From positions 1 to 38,296 of the IMG/VR virus record IMGVR_UViG_3300047545_000326: 38,296 nt of DNA, one strand, 5' to 3'. The DNA comes from a virus (taxonomy: Duplodnaviria > Caudoviricetes). Below are positions 9,295 to 18,906 of this stretch, in pieces. Position numbers and translations under genes: made by a program. The notes under the pieces are model-generated. The model had not been told where the DNA came from, ran no database searches, and saw nothing but the letters and a program-made list of their open reading frames with translations. Within the stretch, counting starts at the first letter, position 1. Each line of letters begins with the position of its first letter.

Positions 9295-10464
9295 TTATGG
9301 GATCAAAGTTGAGGTGGTGGTGGTTGTAGGCCATACAGTGGTAGTGGTACTAGTAGTAGTTACACAACCGTTCTGGCTTGTTACAGCACCTAATCCTGCT
9401 ACCAACACTTCTTCGATTGCAGTGGCAATTGCACTACCGCTTACAGCAGCAATGATAACCATGCTATCTTCTTTGATGTAGTCACCCCAGCTGTACGCTG
9501 ATTTGTCTAGCTCATTGAACTTGATGTAGTAGGTATCGTAGGTAGAACCATCGCTTACCCAGCTTTCAAAGTTCTCGTTGTAGCCAGCCATTCTGTACAA
9601 ATGCTTAAGGTAACCAGCTTGGTAGCTGTAGAAATTCTTCTCCAACTGAGCAATCTCAGCAGAAGTACCTGTAGGATAAGAAGAACGCTGAATAACAGTA
9701 GCATCAGCTACAATGTTACAAGCATCAGCTACGATGAAGTCAGCTGTGGTAGCTGGTCCACTGTACACGAATGTACGGAACCACATTCTGTCATACTCAT
9801 AAGGGAATGCAGCAACGTCACAAGGTTGACCATACTTAGTTAATGGCTTACCAGTGATACGTAAGATTGCATTTTGGTCATTACCAAGTCTTTGGAACTG
9901 ATAGAAATCAGAGAAGGTAATGTTGTCTGGGTTGTTACCAGGAGCGCTTTGTAAGAACTTAGCAATGATTTGATCAATCAATGCAGGTACGTCTACTAGA
10001 TCACAAGGATCTGCGCCACAATCGCAACAAGGAGCTTGTACGGTTACGCTACGAGTGAAACCGTTGAAGTACAAGGTGTCTAGGTAGCTAGAGTGTGCAC
10101 GTAGAGTTACAGTGATAACATCGCCACACTTCACTTGGAAGTTAGCTACGTCAGTAACCTGAGTTACTGGAACTGGACAACCAGCTACTTTGTACCACTC
10201 TGTAACGTTACTGTTACAACCAGCACCTGAAGGACAACCCTTAATCTTGTCAGAACGCTTAGATCCTAACAAATAGGTGTTTGTACGACCTTGTGCAATG
10301 TAGAAATAGGGAGCTGCTGCAATGTTAGCTGCAGTGGCAACACTATAGTCATTTTTGTAAATACCCACTTGACCAGGGGTTAAGTCTTGCGTAGATCCAG
10401 AGCTAGGAAGCGTAGTTTGTCCTACTGGTACTACGAAGAGCGTAGTTAATGAAAAATCAGCCAT
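9295..10464 (-). CDS. Putative auxiliary capsid protein
   Basis: 389 aa with codon usage like the MCP (highly expressed style), in the conserved crAss-like position downstream of MCP. C-terminal poly-Thr tail. Confidence 0.55.
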   Translation of the reverse strand: MADFSLTTLFVVPVGQTTLPSSGSTQDLTPGQVGIYKNDYSVATAANIAAAPYFYIAQGRTNTYLLGSKRSDKIKGCPSGAGCNSNVTEWYKVAGCPVPVTQVTDVANFQVKCGDVITVTLRAHSSYLDTLYFNGFTRSVTVQAPCCDCGADPCDLVDVPALIDQIIAKFLQSAPGNNPDNITFSDFYQFQRLGNDQNAILRITGKPLTKYGQPCDVAAFPYEYDRMWFRTFVYSGPATTADFIVADACNIVADATVIQRSSYPTGTSAEIAQLEKNFYSYQAGYLKHLYRMAGYNENFESWVSDGSTYDTYYIKFNELDKSAYSWGDYIKEDSMVIIAAVSGSAIATAIEEVLVAGLGAVTSQNGCVTTTSTTTTVWPTTTTTSTLIP

Positions 10465-10491
10465 TTTGCTTTATTTTTAAATGTTAAAAAG

Positions 10492-11223
10492 TTACTCGTT
10501 TGTTTGAATTCTAAACTGTGCACTTTGTACGGCAGCAGCATTCTCTGTATACATTGCCAAGTTTTGAACTGTCAAATCTACCAGTTCATCCTCCAGATAC
10601 TCCTCAAGTTCGCAGTCGCTGTTCACTGAGTCTGTACCATCGAGTTTTATATATCCCTCTTTATCAATGTATTGAGGGTATCTCATATAAGAGATGTAGA
10701 TTTTAGTTGGTGTAAATGTACCATCTGTAAATATTGATATTTCGTCAGATGATACAAAGTTGAATGTTTCTTGATATTCAAACGAAGGTTTGTAGTGTTC
10801 GTTGTTCAAGAGTAAGGAAAGATCACCATGTTTAGTAAGGTCTTTATTGATAAAGATCTTTCTGTTTTTACATCTTCCTTTGTTAGCTAGAACATAGCTG
10901 TCAATGTAGAACATGTAATGGGGATCTAGTTTGCTCACATCTCCAGACCACTGGTTAAGTTGTTCGTTCTTAAGGGTTAGGTCAAGAGCACCATCTATAT
11001 AGTTAACAACCAACCTTTGTAAATCTTCGTAGCGCTTCTTAAAAGCGTCAAGACCCATACCACTCACTACACTAAACCCATCAACTTTCTGCTTTATCAG
11101 TTTAATTTGGGCTTCGTTTAAAGCAAGTATTTTATCTTCCAAATTAATCTGCTGATGCTGATTACTTGATAGTTTATTTAGTTTTTGATCTATCTTGTAT
11201 AATAAACTATCTACTGGTATCAT
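10492..11223 (-). CDS. Putative ring / head-tail structural protein
   Basis: 243 aa. LNEAQ near the N-terminus and Y.R.P...CEL...L.DE.VDL at the C-terminus are typical of crAss-like ring proteins. Confidence 0.6.
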   Translation of the reverse strand: MIPVDSLLYKIDQKLNKLSSNQHQQINLEDKILALNEAQIKLIKQKVDGFSVVSGMGLDAFKKRYEDLQRLVVNYIDGALDLTLKNEQLNQWSGDVSKLDPHYMFYIDSYVLANKGRCKNRKIFINKDLTKHGDLSLLLNNEHYKPSFEYQETFNFVSSDEISIFTDGTFTPTKIYISYMRYPQYIDKEGYIKLDGTDSVNSDCELEEYLEDELVDLTVQNLAMYTENAAAVQSAQFRIQTNE

Positions 11224-12188
11224 ATCGCAGCTAATTTCTTAGATTTTAACTTTCCTTCTAATGTCAACAACATATCTTGGTTGTCATCATCAGAAAGCAT
11301 TTTAATTAAATCATCTTCATCTTTGGCCACTTCAAACTCTCCTTCATACACCTTACCATTAGGTCTGATTCTGTAGATGGAGTGTGCTGTAGCTTGCTTG
11401 ACAAGATCTTTAATATGGAGTAAGTTTTCCTTCATATCAGCAAATCTGTTAAACACCTCTACAGGGTTTAAGCCTTGATATTTACCGTTTTTGAATTCAG
11501 TTTGTTTGAGGACGTTATCTACAAGATTGTAAACTGCTTCTTCCTTAGTATCATCTGTAACAGGCAATCCTAATAAGCGAGCCACTTTCTTCCTCTTTTC
11601 AGGAGTCATTTGCTCAAACTTAGTGATGGCTTTGTTGATGAGTTGTTTCTTCTTAAATAATACAACGTTTTCAATTTCTTCATCTGCTACGTAGAATTGT
11701 GTTTCTGCAGGATATTCACCACGCTCCCAAGCTTGATAAGAGCTTGCAATTGTAGGATGAACACGTAACCATGAGAACGCTAATTCTTGGAAAGGAATAC
11801 TAAGATCAAAGAAGTTGTCACCATCCATCAACTTAACAGGCTGCACATGCTGCATGTCGTCATTAGAGGTGGAAAGACCATAATTCCAGAAAGAAGAACG
11901 AGGACCTAAGTCAATGTCACCAAGAGCTGCTTCCAACTTTTCTTTCAAAGCTGTAACTCTCTCAATTTCCATTTCTCTTTCTAGAGGGTCAGAAATCCTT
12001 TTGATGTAAGTAGCATTTGGATCTAATCCAGTTCTGTACCTACCATCGATTTCCTTGTAGGGGTATTTAAATACACCTGTACCAGGAACTCTTGTTAACC
12101 CTTTCTGTGCAAGACCACCTTGCATAGTTTGAAGACCAGAATTATTGTAGTCTTTCTTAATCGTTGAGATTTTTCCTAACTTACCCAT
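11220..12188 (-). CDS. Conserved crAss-like protein encoded downstream of MCP (gene 75-like)
   Basis: 322-aa ORF in the conserved post-MCP position; ATGA-type overlap with the next gene. Confidence 0.6.
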   Translation of the reverse strand: MGKLGKISTIKKDYNNSGLQTMQGGLAQKGLTRVPGTGVFKYPYKEIDGRYRTGLDPNATYIKRISDPLEREMEIERVTALKEKLEAALGDIDLGPRSSFWNYGLSTSNDDMQHVQPVKLMDGDNFFDLSIPFQELAFSWLRVHPTIASSYQAWERGEYPAETQFYVADEEIENVVLFKKKQLINKAITKFEQMTPEKRKKVARLLGLPVTDDTKEEAVYNLVDNVLKQTEFKNGKYQGLNPVEVFNRFADMKENLLHIKDLVKQATAHSIYRIRPNGKVYEGEFEVAKDEDDLIKMLSDDDNQDMLLTLEGKLKSKKLAAI

Positions 12189-12200
12189 AAAAATTGTAGT

Positions 12201-12650
12201 TTATATTATTGGTTTATTTAAACGTTTTCTTCTCTCTATTGTAACTATTCGATGACAGTTACAACATCTCACTTCACACTTGGCTATTTCATTAAGCAAT
12301 TTTTCTTCACTCCAAGTTTGGTGGACTCCATGTGAAATATTGCCTAACTTTTTACCTCTGACATGATCGAATTCTAAAACTCTAATGTCAGTGTTACCAC
12401 AATCTACACAAGGATGAGTTTGTAAATATTCAGTTACAATTTGTCTATTTCTATTCTTACAACTTTTTCTATTATTGTAAGATTCTCCACTTTTTCTTTT
12501 TCTTTCAGATCTCTCAAGTTGTCTTTTCTTCTCTGAAGGAATTGTGTGGTATGATATAATTGACATCGAGCAATCCAATATTTCACTAATCTCTTTATAA
12601 GTCTTACCTTCTGATCTCAGTTGTAAGATTTTGTCCTTATACTTACCCAT
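12201..12650 (-). CDS. HNH endonuclease with N-terminal HTH (free-standing, homing-type)
   Basis: HTH GKTYKEISEILDCSMSIISYH plus zinc-binding HNH core CVDC...LEFDH...KCEVRCCNCHR. ATG 12650 is preferred to the track start at 12701. Confidence 0.8.
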   Translation of the reverse strand: MGKYKDKILQLRSEGKTYKEISEILDCSMSIISYHTIPSEKKRQLERSERKRKSGESYNNRKSCKNRNRQIVTEYLQTHPCVDCGNTDIRVLEFDHVRGKKLGNISHGVHQTWSEEKLLNEIAKCEVRCCNCHRIVTIERRKRLNKPII

Positions 12651-12667
12651 ATGTAGTTTTATAATTC

Positions 12668-12818
12668 GCAGAGTGTTCCCACCGAAGGGAGATACAACCA
12701 AGACTTGCCTGGTCTATCACTCTGTAGTTGAGAAGGCTCCCCCACCCTGAAAGTGGGGGGCATTCCTTCCTAGTATTGACGCTTCTTGAGAAGCGGGCCC
12801 AGAGATACTCTCTCTGGG
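12668..12818 (-). other. Cluster of stem-loops immediately 3' of the MCP stop
   Basis: Stems at 12798-12818, 12780-12795 and 12739-12759, plus a three-way junction closed by CAGAGTG/CACTCTG (12669-12675/12718-12724). Confidence 0.45.
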
Positions 12819-12823
12819 GATGA

Positions 12824-14377
12824 TTAGAATTGAGGGATTTCTTCAATCAACACTGTACGAGACAAGTCTTCGATGAATACATCACAACGGTCCTTCATCC
12901 AGATTTCGTATCCTGGGAATTTGTTTGCAGAACTCATACCCTGAGATTTGGCGAATCCCAAATGGTGACGAGTACCGTCAATGTAACCCCAAGTCATAGA
13001 AGGAGCACCCTTCATACGTACTTCACGGATGTTGTTAACCATAGAGCCATCAGACATTGGAGACACGTCGAACACCATGAACACTGGAGTGCTCTTCTTG
13101 TTCTGACCGAATTCCAAGTTGGTCTGAGGAAGGTCTAATTCTTTAAGGTGAATTAGTTCAACACGACCTGTTTCACGTGTAACCATTGCATCGAATGCAA
13201 AGTTGTAAGTGATGTGTTGACCTTCGCCCTGCATGTAACGATTTCCAGAATCAGCCATGAAAGTAAGACCACTGTTCAAAGCGTCGTTCTTTAAAGCTTG
13301 TTGGAAAACATCAAATCCAGCTTCGTTTGTGTACATTTTCACACGTCTGTCCTTAACGTCCACACGTCTGTAGAATAAGTCACCAAACACTGAACGAATC
13401 AGGTTAGCGGTGAACTCACCACGGTTGTATTGTACAAGGTTACCGTTATTACGCATTCTGTGGTATACACCAGCAGATGTACGCTTAACCTCTTGCTTAG
13501 AGCCGTTGGTCTTAACAGTACCTGGTTTGCTCCAAATCATACGCTTAACTTTTAATTCAAGCATAGACTTACGCATCCAGAATTCAATAAATGGTTCCCA
13601 TTTAACATCGTTACGAGTTAAAGGAAGTTGATTTCTACGCTGAGGCGCATATACTAGGATGTCCAAAGGACGACCAGCTGCGTCACGCATTGTTTTGTCA
13701 TCAGCCCACTCTGTAATCTTGTGCTCAAAACCATATCCAGAACCTAAAGATTCGAACATAGTGATTTGCTCACCTAAACGAGGAAGACCTAACAAATCTT
13801 GGTCAAACTCACCAATAGCAGCGTCAACTAATTCAAGTTCAAGACCAACCTGAAGGAAGGTAGAGCTTACGAAGTCAACTGTTGGGTTGTCAGTTACTAA
13901 AGTGAAGCTGTACAAGAAGCCCATGTTCCAAGGAACTGGATCTTTTACAACGTAGAAACGAGGACCATACTGGCGAGAACCTACAGAAACGATAGCATTC
14001 TTAGAGAATTCGTTTGTGTCGATTACCAATTGGAACTCTTGACCGTCGATACCTGGCTTACTCAACTCTAGAGTTGCAGTGGGGATGTCGATGATCTTAG
14101 GGAATTTGTAAGGAACGGCTACTTGCCATTTCCAAGCATCACTGTTATTATCGATGTAATAAGGTGTGCTCTTGTTGATCATGTCTAGAAAGTCGTTACT
14201 GTACAAAGAACTCTGCGTGTACAAGCTGATAATCTTCTTATCATAGTCAGCAGGCTCAGTAGAGTGAAAACTCTCTAAGTGGTTAGAGTCAGTTAGTTTT
14301 CCTACAGCACGCTTGTCCATAGAAGCGACTCTTGCGTAGGTAAAACCAGTAAGACCTGGGATTGTTTGAATTGCCAT
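12824..14377 (-). CDS. Major capsid protein (crAss-like)
   Basis: 517 aa with strongly biased codon usage (CGT, AAC, TTC), in the order portal-scaffold-MCP. Size and motifs are consistent with Crassvirales MCPs. Confidence 0.85.
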   Translation of the reverse strand: MAIQTIPGLTGFTYARVASMDKRAVGKLTDSNHLESFHSTEPADYDKKIISLYTQSSLYSNDFLDMINKSTPYYIDNNSDAWKWQVAVPYKFPKIIDIPTATLELSKPGIDGQEFQLVIDTNEFSKNAIVSVGSRQYGPRFYVVKDPVPWNMGFLYSFTLVTDNPTVDFVSSTFLQVGLELELVDAAIGEFDQDLLGLPRLGEQITMFESLGSGYGFEHKITEWADDKTMRDAAGRPLDILVYAPQRRNQLPLTRNDVKWEPFIEFWMRKSMLELKVKRMIWSKPGTVKTNGSKQEVKRTSAGVYHRMRNNGNLVQYNRGEFTANLIRSVFGDLFYRRVDVKDRRVKMYTNEAGFDVFQQALKNDALNSGLTFMADSGNRYMQGEGQHITYNFAFDAMVTRETGRVELIHLKELDLPQTNLEFGQNKKSTPVFMVFDVSPMSDGSMVNNIREVRMKGAPSMTWGYIDGTRHHLGFAKSQGMSSANKFPGYEIWMKDRCDVFIEDLSRTVLIEEIPQF

Positions 14378-14404
14378 TTTGTTATTCTTTTATTAGTTAA
14401 AATG

Positions 14405-15673
14405 TTATAAGAACCATGAATTGTTTGGCTTGCTCTTTCCTGCCCCTGTTGCAGACTTGGCTTTAGTCACCTGTCTTGCAACCTCTCCAAATAACTGGTC
14501 TGATTTTTTAGTCACACCTGACTTTTGGATGGTAGATAAAGTTGGATCTTTTTCTAAGACTTTTAAGAGAAGGCCAATTTTAACTTTCATTGCATGGTTC
14601 TCTGGTCTCTTCAATTCCAAGATTGCACGATCAAAGTCTGTTAATGTTTCTCCAGACGCTGTCTTGTACTTATCTACTAGGAGGAAATCTTGTAGTTCGC
14701 TTGCCAATTTTGGATTGAGGGGAATACCGTCAAACTCTTTTGCTTTTAATTTTTCCTGAAGAATACCTTGTACATTTTGAATGTACTGATTCTTGATGGC
14801 TTGTTTTTGTTGAAGTTCTTGCTCAGCCTTCTGCTCCATTTGAGCTAGCTTCTGGGCTTCCTTCTTAACCAACACCTTATGATGTTTGGTTGCCACAGTT
14901 TCGAGATCTCCGTAGTTCTTCAATCTCTCCACTTCAGTTTCAATATCTTCAGAATCAAAACCTTGATCTGCAAGGGCTTGTTTAATCACTCTGACTTGGT
15001 TGTCTTCTTGGGAAAGATCCATTTCAGCAAAGCTTGCAATCTGGTTGTAGGTACCAAAGTATTCCTTTGGATTTACACCTTTTACAAATATGGCATCGAA
15101 AGCTTGTTGATAATCTTCACCAAACTGACCAATGAAGTTGTTTACCACCTCAATAGCTCCCTTTTTCTTTTCAGCGTTAAACCTTTCAAGAAATTCTTCA
15201 GGAGTTGTGATTTCAACATCTTCTTCATCTTCATCTTTAGAGAATACACCTAGTTTAAATAGATCTTTAGATAGAGCAGCAAATTGATTAACTTCTGCAT
15301 CATCATTATCATCTCCAGCTCCAGCATCATCATCGTCTGCTTCAGCTGGTGCTTTTCCTGCAGGAGCAGGAGGTGCATCTTCGTCATCATCATTGTCTTC
15401 TTCTGTACTATCTCCCAAAAAGTTGGAGATTAGATCTTGACCAGTTAATTCGTTTTTGTCCTTGTCTACCACTTCTTTGCCTTTAGGGGCAGAAGGAGCA
15501 GGAGGTTTAGGATCTTCAACTTCTTTAACAATAGGTTTAACATCATCAGGGTTGCCTGTAGAGGTTTCTGGAGTCAATAGGTCATTAAGTAGTTCTGCAC
15601 TACCAGCGCCCATCTCCATAGTATCCTGAATACTGAAGTTACCGAATGACGGTGTTTCTAAATTCTCAGCCAT
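14405..15673 (-). CDS. Acidic putative scaffolding protein (gene 77-like)
   Basis: 422 aa; D/E-rich disordered N-half and helical coiled-coil C-half, directly upstream of MCP. Confidence 0.65.
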   Translation of the reverse strand: MAENLETPSFGNFSIQDTMEMGAGSAELLNDLLTPETSTGNPDDVKPIVKEVEDPKPPAPSAPKGKEVVDKDKNELTGQDLISNFLGDSTEEDNDDDEDAPPAPAGKAPAEADDDDAGAGDDNDDAEVNQFAALSKDLFKLGVFSKDEDEEDVEITTPEEFLERFNAEKKKGAIEVVNNFIGQFGEDYQQAFDAIFVKGVNPKEYFGTYNQIASFAEMDLSQEDNQVRVIKQALADQGFDSEDIETEVERLKNYGDLETVATKHHKVLVKKEAQKLAQMEQKAEQELQQKQAIKNQYIQNVQGILQEKLKAKEFDGIPLNPKLASELQDFLLVDKYKTASGETLTDFDRAILELKRPENHAMKVKIGLLLKVLEKDPTLSTIQKSGVTKKSDQLFGEVARQVTKAKSATGAGKSKPNNSWFL

Positions 15674-15704
15674 ATGTAGTTATTTAAATTGGTTTATCAG
15701 ACAG

Positions 15705-15735
15705 TAAAATTATATTATACGTATTGAATAGCAAA
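15705..15735 (-). promoter_or_regulatory. Near-consensus Bacteroidota promoter for scaffold/MCP
   Basis: Minus strand TTTG-N19-TAATTTTA, about 30 nt upstream of ATG 15673. Confidence 0.45.
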
Positions 15736-15793
15736 GAGTTATGTGCTTATATAGTCGTTTTTTGCGAATAATATAGCATTAAATATTTTTACT

Positions 15794-16324
15794 CTAATCA
15801 AGTTTGTTAATGACAGTGTCATTAATTATCCTGAAGCTTCTGATAGGAGCAAGGTCTGTGAGGGTCACTTGTTGTATCTCCACTCCCCACTTCTTAGCTT
15901 CCACCCTAGCTTTCTTGGTTAGTGTGTTATCAATCTCTGTATCAATACATTCGTCCATTGTTTTGTCCATTACAATGTTCTTAATGATGGACTGGGTCAT
16001 GTCTGATATAGCATCCTGTGCGTCATACACTTCTAGAAGGAATGTTTTAACGTCAGCTATTTTATACTTGACTAACCCTTTTACAACTATGTTTTGTTTG
16101 TCCTTTGTATACAACGATTGAGGAGCCAGACTTAGTGTAGTTACTACAACATGCTGTACAATGATTTCGTCTACAAAGGGTATTTTAAAATACAATCCTG
16201 GAGAGAACGTACTTCTATATTTACCAAACCTAAGTGATACGCCCATTTCGTAGTGACGTATCACAAAGGCTGGTAGAATTTGCTCTATCCAATTCGTTAT
16301 AAATTCTAAGAGTTTATCAAACAT
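15794..16324 (-). CDS. SPFH / Band 7 domain protein
   Basis: VIRHYEMGVSLRFGKY...PGLYFKIPFVDEI...TKDKQNIVV...YKIAD...WGVEIQQVTLTDL is the stomatin/HflK-like SPFH pattern. Confidence 0.85.
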   Translation of the reverse strand: MFDKLLEFITNWIEQILPAFVIRHYEMGVSLRFGKYRSTFSPGLYFKIPFVDEIIVQHVVVTTLSLAPQSLYTKDKQNIVVKGLVKYKIADVKTFLLEVYDAQDAISDMTQSIIKNIVMDKTMDECIDTEIDNTLTKKARVEAKKWGVEIQQVTLTDLAPIRSFRIINDTVINKLD

Positions 16325-18906
16325 TATTTCTTAGGTTTTTGGGCTCTGCCCTTTGCGTTAAGTTTTGCTATCTCAAGATCGTTCTGCATGTTCTCACGAG
16401 CCACTTTCAGTTTCTCTTGCTCTATCTTAAGCTTCTGACTAGCTTGATTAGACTTGGATTGGATGTCAGCCATCTTCAACTCATAATCTTTTGTCAGCTT
16501 GGTTTGCTGATTCATCAGATTACTCATCTCAAGAACATCTGGAACTTGGTTAGCATCTGTGTCAGGAAGACCACCTTTAGCTTCTGCAGCAATAATGGCA
16601 ATTTCTTTCTTATTAATTCTATCCAATTCGTTCTGATAGTTCTCGTTGGCAATCTCTTGTTCCTTCATAGCCTGAGCCTGTTCCATCTGGGCAGCTGCAA
16701 TTTCTCTCTGTTGATCAATTTGCTGTTGCTGTTGCTGCATCTGCTGGTCTTGCATCTGCTGTTGTCTGTCTCTAAGGTCTTTGAACACCTTCTTCATTTC
16801 TCTCATAGACTTGGTGCTGTACAGCTCGATCACATCGTACAATGTACCACCATTCTGAATAACAGCCTGAGCAAGGCTTCTAATCTCATTGAACATCTGG
16901 GTGTCTTCAGGACGATTGGTCAAGAACACCTTCAGATCACGAAACTTCAGATCAGTACCATTCACCTGCACAAATGCACTTTCGCCTTCACTGGTAATGT
17001 AGCTCAGTGTTGATTGAGGCTTCTGACTCTCTGTATATAAAGCTGCGTCAATGATTGCTTGATATAACTGACCCATTACATATTCATGTGCCACAAATAG
17101 AGGTTCTGTCTGAGCATATGATTGTTGTACAGCTGTATTCACTCCTGTTGCAGACTCACTAGCTGTTACAGATCCCATACGCTGTCTACTCATACCAATT
17201 AGTTCCCAACACTCATTCTTGATTTGTTGGGCCAGGGTGTAACGAGATTGAATCTCCTGCGTACGTGTAAGGTCTATGTCTCTGAATTGATTAAAGCTAG
17301 ATGGGCTCTTTAGGTTTTCAGGACTATCGTCAATAAAGACAATACCTCTGTTACGAGCTTCCATTTCCCACATATCAAGAGCATCCTGAGCATCTCCGTC
17401 CTTAGGAACAGGAATATGTCTAATAGATGTTAAATACACCTTACCCACTTCCTTCTCAAGAAGCTTGTAAAGCTGGTTCATACATACGTTGTATATCACC
17501 TGGAAAGGCTTCATCAAGTCTACTAGACTCTTGGCCTCAGTGTTCTTCACCTCAAAGGTGGTTCCTATAATAGGACAGTAGTTTAATAGTTTGTATGGTT
17601 TTACGTGGTAGATGTCTGGTCCAATCTTAATACCCTGGTACCACTGGTTAATCCATCCCCATTCTAGAGATTGCTCTGTAGGAATAGTGCCAGATTTGTA
17701 ATTCTCATCTACAAGTATAGACTGCTCGTTACCAAGCTCGTCAATGTAAATAAGTTTACCAATCTTCTTCTTAGAAATCCAATAAGCTCTAACTACGACA
17801 TATTTATAACCAAAAGAGCTAACGTTAGATGTAAGACCTAAGAAATCCTTAAGGCCATCATTATTCTCTTTCATCTCACTCTCAATCAGCATTCTGGTCT
17901 GAAGCACAAGAGGGTCATATGTGTCATATGTCACAGAGTCAATACCAGGTGTAATGTCTGGATTGCCTAAGTTGGATTCACGTACATTGATCAATCCATA
18001 ATCCTGAAGAGAAGAACGTAAGTGGTCAATCTCTTCTTTTGTAAGTTCTGGGATGCTTTCAATAATCTCAGAAAGCTCCATCACTGTCACTGTACCTGCA
18101 GCATATGCACCTTGTGCCCTTCCTGTAGGATCTGAAATGTATTTTCTATCTGGGGTGGTGAGGAACCAAACATTCTTAGGGTTGGCCACCTCAACATTAA
18201 ACCCAAGCTTAGAGTTGTCTTCGTATATATGGTAGAACTCACGACCTGAAATAAGCATATCTCTGAAGGCATCTTCACTCTTCTCCTTCAGATTAAACTC
18301 AGCTTTCTCGCACGTAAGAACGTGGTTGGCCCATTTCTCAGCTACAGATGTGTAGCTATCCAACTGGTCCTTCACTTGTTCTATAGTTAGTTGTTCTAAT
18401 TGTTCTTCTTCAATCTCTATTCCTTCCATCGCAGCCTTTTCCAGGATTTTGTTCCTGGCCTGACTCAATACATATTCTTGTAGAATACCTGTCTTGAATT
18501 CTAATTCTTCAGACTTACTATCGTCATCAAACGCTTTCACCCTGAATGTATCAGGGCGTTTAGAGATTTCACCTACCAACTCGTTTATTGGTGTAGTGAT
18601 GATAGAATACATTTTTACATATGCAGGAAGCTGTAAATCTGCCGTAAGCATATCTGTAAAGCTCTTCACCTGAGGCTCTTGGTAGAAATCCTCCATACGA
18701 AGAATACCTTTCATGAGGTCATAGTTCTTTACAAAAGTGTCACGATTCTTCATATACTCAGCATAAGCTTTGTTAGCGAAGTAGTCCATCGTGTTCTTTA
18801 TCCAGCTCTCATCCTGCTTCTCCTTATCTGTCTTAAACTGATCAGGGAAGATGTTGAGATAGGCATATCTTATCGTAGCATCTTTTGTATATCTAATTAT
18901 TGCCAT
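16324..18906 (-). CDS. Portal protein
   Basis: 860 aa directly after the terminase, with a Q-rich C-terminal coiled-coil barrel typical of crAss-like portals. Confidence 0.85.
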   Translation of the reverse strand: MAIIRYTKDATIRYAYLNIFPDQFKTDKEKQDESWIKNTMDYFANKAYAEYMKNRDTFVKNYDLMKGILRMEDFYQEPQVKSFTDMLTADLQLPAYVKMYSIITTPINELVGEISKRPDTFRVKAFDDDSKSEELEFKTGILQEYVLSQARNKILEKAAMEGIEIEEEQLEQLTIEQVKDQLDSYTSVAEKWANHVLTCEKAEFNLKEKSEDAFRDMLISGREFYHIYEDNSKLGFNVEVANPKNVWFLTTPDRKYISDPTGRAQGAYAAGTVTVMELSEIIESIPELTKEEIDHLRSSLQDYGLINVRESNLGNPDITPGIDSVTYDTYDPLVLQTRMLIESEMKENNDGLKDFLGLTSNVSSFGYKYVVVRAYWISKKKIGKLIYIDELGNEQSILVDENYKSGTIPTEQSLEWGWINQWYQGIKIGPDIYHVKPYKLLNYCPIIGTTFEVKNTEAKSLVDLMKPFQVIYNVCMNQLYKLLEKEVGKVYLTSIRHIPVPKDGDAQDALDMWEMEARNRGIVFIDDSPENLKSPSSFNQFRDIDLTRTQEIQSRYTLAQQIKNECWELIGMSRQRMGSVTASESATGVNTAVQQSYAQTEPLFVAHEYVMGQLYQAIIDAALYTESQKPQSTLSYITSEGESAFVQVNGTDLKFRDLKVFLTNRPEDTQMFNEIRSLAQAVIQNGGTLYDVIELYSTKSMREMKKVFKDLRDRQQQMQDQQMQQQQQQIDQQREIAAAQMEQAQAMKEQEIANENYQNELDRINKKEIAIIAAEAKGGLPDTDANQVPDVLEMSNLMNQQTKLTKDYELKMADIQSKSNQASQKLKIEQEKLKVARENMQNDLEIAKLNAKGRAQKPKK

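Noticed and set aside
12201-14377. Group I intron or intein associated with the HNH near MCP, or within terL
   Set aside because: MCP, the gene 75-like gene and terL read as uninterrupted ORFs of expected size, with no splice or intein motifs seen. The HNH is intergenic.
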